From Chiloscyllium plagiosum (Eukaryota): DNA of 39,326 bases. Shown piece after piece: positions 36,385-39,326 of this stretch (position 1 is its first letter; each line of letters starts with the position of its first letter). A model generated the notes under the pieces. The model worked only from the letters and a program-made list of their open reading frames with translations, did no database searches and had not been told where the DNA came from. The position numbers and the translations under genes were made by a program. The stretch spans positions 1,081,606-1,120,931 of the forward strand of contig NC_057718.1 of assembly GCF_004010195.1 (NCBI RefSeq), in the 5' to 3' direction.

Positions 36385-36550
36385 CACTCCATTGATCCCA
36401 TTCTTGACAGCCGCAGATTTTGCCACAACCACCAGGTATGTCGTGATCCCCTTTTCCCGCAAATACTCATTCCTCTTCTCCCCTTCTCCTGGTTCAAGCT
36501 CAAACTCTCCATTCAGACAGTTACAGGTGCTTTCTGAAATGTGCACTCTC
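36385..36550 (-). CDS. ADCY3: Adenylate cyclase 3-like internal exon (end of catalytic C1a domain)
   Basis: Minus strand: CAG acceptor, then (G)RVHISESTCNCLNGEFELEPGEGEKRNEYLREKGITTYLVVVAKSAAVKNGINGV, then GTGAAT donor. 166 bp, phase 2 to 0. Resembles ADCY3 [24 protein letters not shown]...YLEEKGIETYL. The donor could alternatively be 3 nt earlier. Confidence 0.9.
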
Positions 36551-36684
36551 CTGTGGACAAAGCAGACAAGGAACAAATTCACCTTTAACCATCGGGTTCT
36601 AATTGGATATGAGCACAATTATTCTGATATCTTGTGTAGGCAATAGGTTAGAGAAAGCTTGAATCGAACTGTGATTAGCAGCCT

Positions 36685-37383
36685 CAGGGAGTGCTGCACC
36701 ATCAATGGGTCATACTGAGGGAGCAGGCACTGTCAATGGGCCAGTCTGACGGAGTGCTGCATAGTCACAGGGTCAGTACTGAGGGAGTGCCACCCTGTCC
36801 GAGGGTCAGTACTGAGGGAGTGCCACACTGTCAGAGGGTCAGTGCTGAGGGAGTGCCACACTGTCCGAGGGTCAGTGCTGAGGGAGTGCCACACTGTCCG
36901 AGGGTAAGTGCTGAGGGAGCGCCGCACTGTCCGAGGGTAAGTGCTGAGGGAGTGCTGCACTATAGGACAGATGTTAGGGGTAGATTCTTTACTCAGCGAG
37001 TCGTGAGTTCATGGAATGCCCTGCCAGTAGCAGTGGTGGACTCTCCCTCATTATGGGCATTTAAGCGGGCATTGGATGGGCATATGGAGGATACTGGGCT
37101 AGTGTAGGTTAGGTGGGCTTGGATCGGTGCAACATCGAGGGCCGAAGGGCCTGTACTGCGCTGTATTCTTCTATGTTCTATGTTCTATGCACTGTTGGAG
37201 GGTCAGTACTGAGGGACTGCTGCACTGTCGGAGGGTCAGTATTGAGGGAGTGCTGCACTGTTGGAGGGTCAGTACTGAGGGAGTGCTGCACTGTCATAGG
37301 GTCAGTACTGAGGGAGTGCTGCACTGTCATAGGGTCAGTACTGAGGGAATGCTGCACTGTCAGATGGTCAGTACTGAGGGAAT
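36685..37383. repeat. 33-bp minisatellite interrupted by a CR1 3' end
   Basis: Unit GAGGGAGTGC(C/T)(A/G)CACTGTCCGAGGGTCAGT(G/A)CT. The CR1 tail at about 36965-37188 ends in (TTCTATG)n. Confidence 0.9.
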
Positions 37384-38599
37384 ATGTATGTGTAGGTGAT
37401 TGTAGGTACCTGAATGAGCATATGCATGCGTATATGGCAATGTGTGTATATTGTGATGCAGACTTTGTGATTTGTATATATTTTAATATTCTATCTTGTA
37501 AATTTGAGCTGTTGATTTCTAAATTAGATACCACCTTCCAAACCTTTACTAAATAGAAACCAAAGAAGTATAGAAATCAGAAACAAAAACAGAAATTGCT
37601 GGAAAATTTCAAAAGCTCTGGCAGCATCTGGGGAAAGAAAGCAGAATTAACGTTTCGGGTCGAGTGACCTTTCTTTTGAACTTCCTGTTTTTGTTTCCTT
37701 CCAAACCTATGACCATGACCATCCAGAAGGACAAGGGCAGGAGATACTTGGGAACACAAGCATTTGCAAGTTCCCCTTCAAGCCACTCACCATGCTGACT
37801 TGGAAACATATTGTTGTTCTTTCAGTGTGTTACAGGGTGTAACGGCATCTCCCGCATGGACAGCAGAGGTTCAAGAAAGCAGCCACCAAGGGGCAACTAG
37901 AGATGGACAATAAATACTACAGGAACCAGTGATACCCACGTCCATGTTGTGGGTGATGCAAAAAGCACGTTTTTAACGCACAGTCTGAAATTAAATAAAC
38001 TTGTCAGTATTTCTGTAGTCAGGGCAATTTCTTCAAAAACAGTTTTTTTAAACCCAGCTTTAGACTCATTGTGCTTTAGTGCACTTTCTGTTTACCTTAG
38101 ACTGCTCTGAGCCATCCTGGCATAAAGAGTTAATATCAGACAGAAGAGAGAAGACCAGAAGTGTTGGAATAAAACCTTGCAGAGATTGCTTGAAACTGAG
38201 TGAATATATGATCAGGTGTCTAATAGCTCTAGGAAGCAGCTTTCTGCAGTTCCCGTTTATACGCTGAAATCAGAAGTTATGTAAATCTAATGAGGTGTTA
38301 GAGTTGGGGAATCTGATGTGGGCATGTACAAGTGGTATTTTGGGGAACTATAGAAGGTGTCCTATACTAAAGTCGTTGTTTTGTGTTTCAATTTAAAAGG
38401 AGCGCTTTGTGATGAATGGGATTATACTTTTACGTGGGTTTTAAAATCTGAATTTGTGTTATAACAAAATGGTTTAGTTTATTTCATCTTCATTGCTTCA
38501 TTCATAAACTTCTGTTTTATTTTTAAAACAAAACCTGCAGCATTTTATGCTCGTTTCAACAAGAGGCCATTAGTAAAAACCAAAACAAATCAAAATTCT

Positions 38600-38955
38600 T
38601 TACAGCATGGCAAGTTAAGAGGGGATCTGATTGAGATGTATAAGGTTATTAAAGATATAGACAGAACGGATAAAATGCAGGGGTCAATGACAAGGGGCCT
38701 AATTTTATGGAGAAGGGAAGCAGGTTTAGAGGGGGTTTTTGGAAGAACCCCAGTGGGTGCTGGGAATGTGGAATGCATTGCTTTGGAAGGTAGCAGAGAT
38801 GGAAAACCTCAAAACCATTAAAAAGTACTTGGATGAGCATTAAGTGTCAGAATCTTCAAAGCTAGGGACCAAATGCTGGAAAGTGTGACTACTGTAGATA
38901 GGTCAGTGCAGATTATATAGGCCAAAGGGCCTCTTCTATACAGGATGAATTTCTT
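38600..38955 (+). mobile_element. Decayed CR1 3' end
   Basis: LRGDLIEMYK-encoding DNA and a GGCCAAAGGGCCTCTTCTATAC 3' UTR. Confidence 0.75.
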
Positions 38956-38999
38956 AGTTTAAAATATCATTTATCAGACGAGGCGGGGATGTGGGGAGA

Positions 39000-39326
39000 T
39001 GGAGAGAGAGAGAGACAGACAGACAGAGAGTCAGTGCAGGAGTACATGTGTATTTATACAAGTGTGTATAAATAAACAGTGTTTGTAGGTGCCTGAGGGC
39101 AAGTACGTGCGAGAGTGTGAATGTGTATGTATATATGTGAGCGGAGTGAGTGATTGTGTGTATAAGTGTGGTTGTGAATGCATGTGTGAGAGTATGTGTG
39201 TGTGAATGAGTGTGGGTACAAATGTAAGCGAATGTCTATTTGAGTCTGAGCGTGTGCAAGAATGAGTGAGTCAGTGTGTATGGGAGTGAGTCGGTGTGTA
39301 TGCGGGTGAGGGGGGGGAGTGGGAGC
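39000..39326. repeat. (GA)n/(GT)n-rich low-complexity tract
   Basis: Seen directly. Confidence 0.8.

Noticed and set aside
36691..37556. Cys/His-rich 11-aa repeat ORFs resembling a zinc-binding protein
   Set aside because: They are translations of the 33-bp minisatellite with an embedded CR1 tail.

Overview
Vertebrate genomic DNA, most likely from a shark (inferred from HE1/V-SINE, Deu-domain SINE and CR1/L2 repeat types). The whole window appears to lie inside one minus-strand gene, adenylate cyclase 3 (ADCY3-like). Seven internal coding exons have GT-AG boundaries and matching phases: 36385-36550, 30783-30902, 24153-24295, 22986-23147, 21577-21664, 21316-21432 and 7863-8119. They cover the end of C1a, C1b and most of the second transmembrane cluster. 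The introns are filled with decayed CR1 and L2 LINEs, SINEs, a Gypsy LTR remnant, small TIR elements and minisatellites, plus two N gaps. The most interesting signal is a dispersed family of about 90-200 bp Penelope-derived insertions with target-site duplications (TSDs). Most carry all or part of a minimal hammerhead-ribozyme motif (CTGANGA-A-stem II-GAAACGTC), with compensatory changes in stem II. Their 5' junctions cluster at the ribozyme core, one copy forms a perfect 82-bp palindrome, and the intact cores lie antisense to the host gene. Most entries in the ORF track are TE debris or repeat artefacts.
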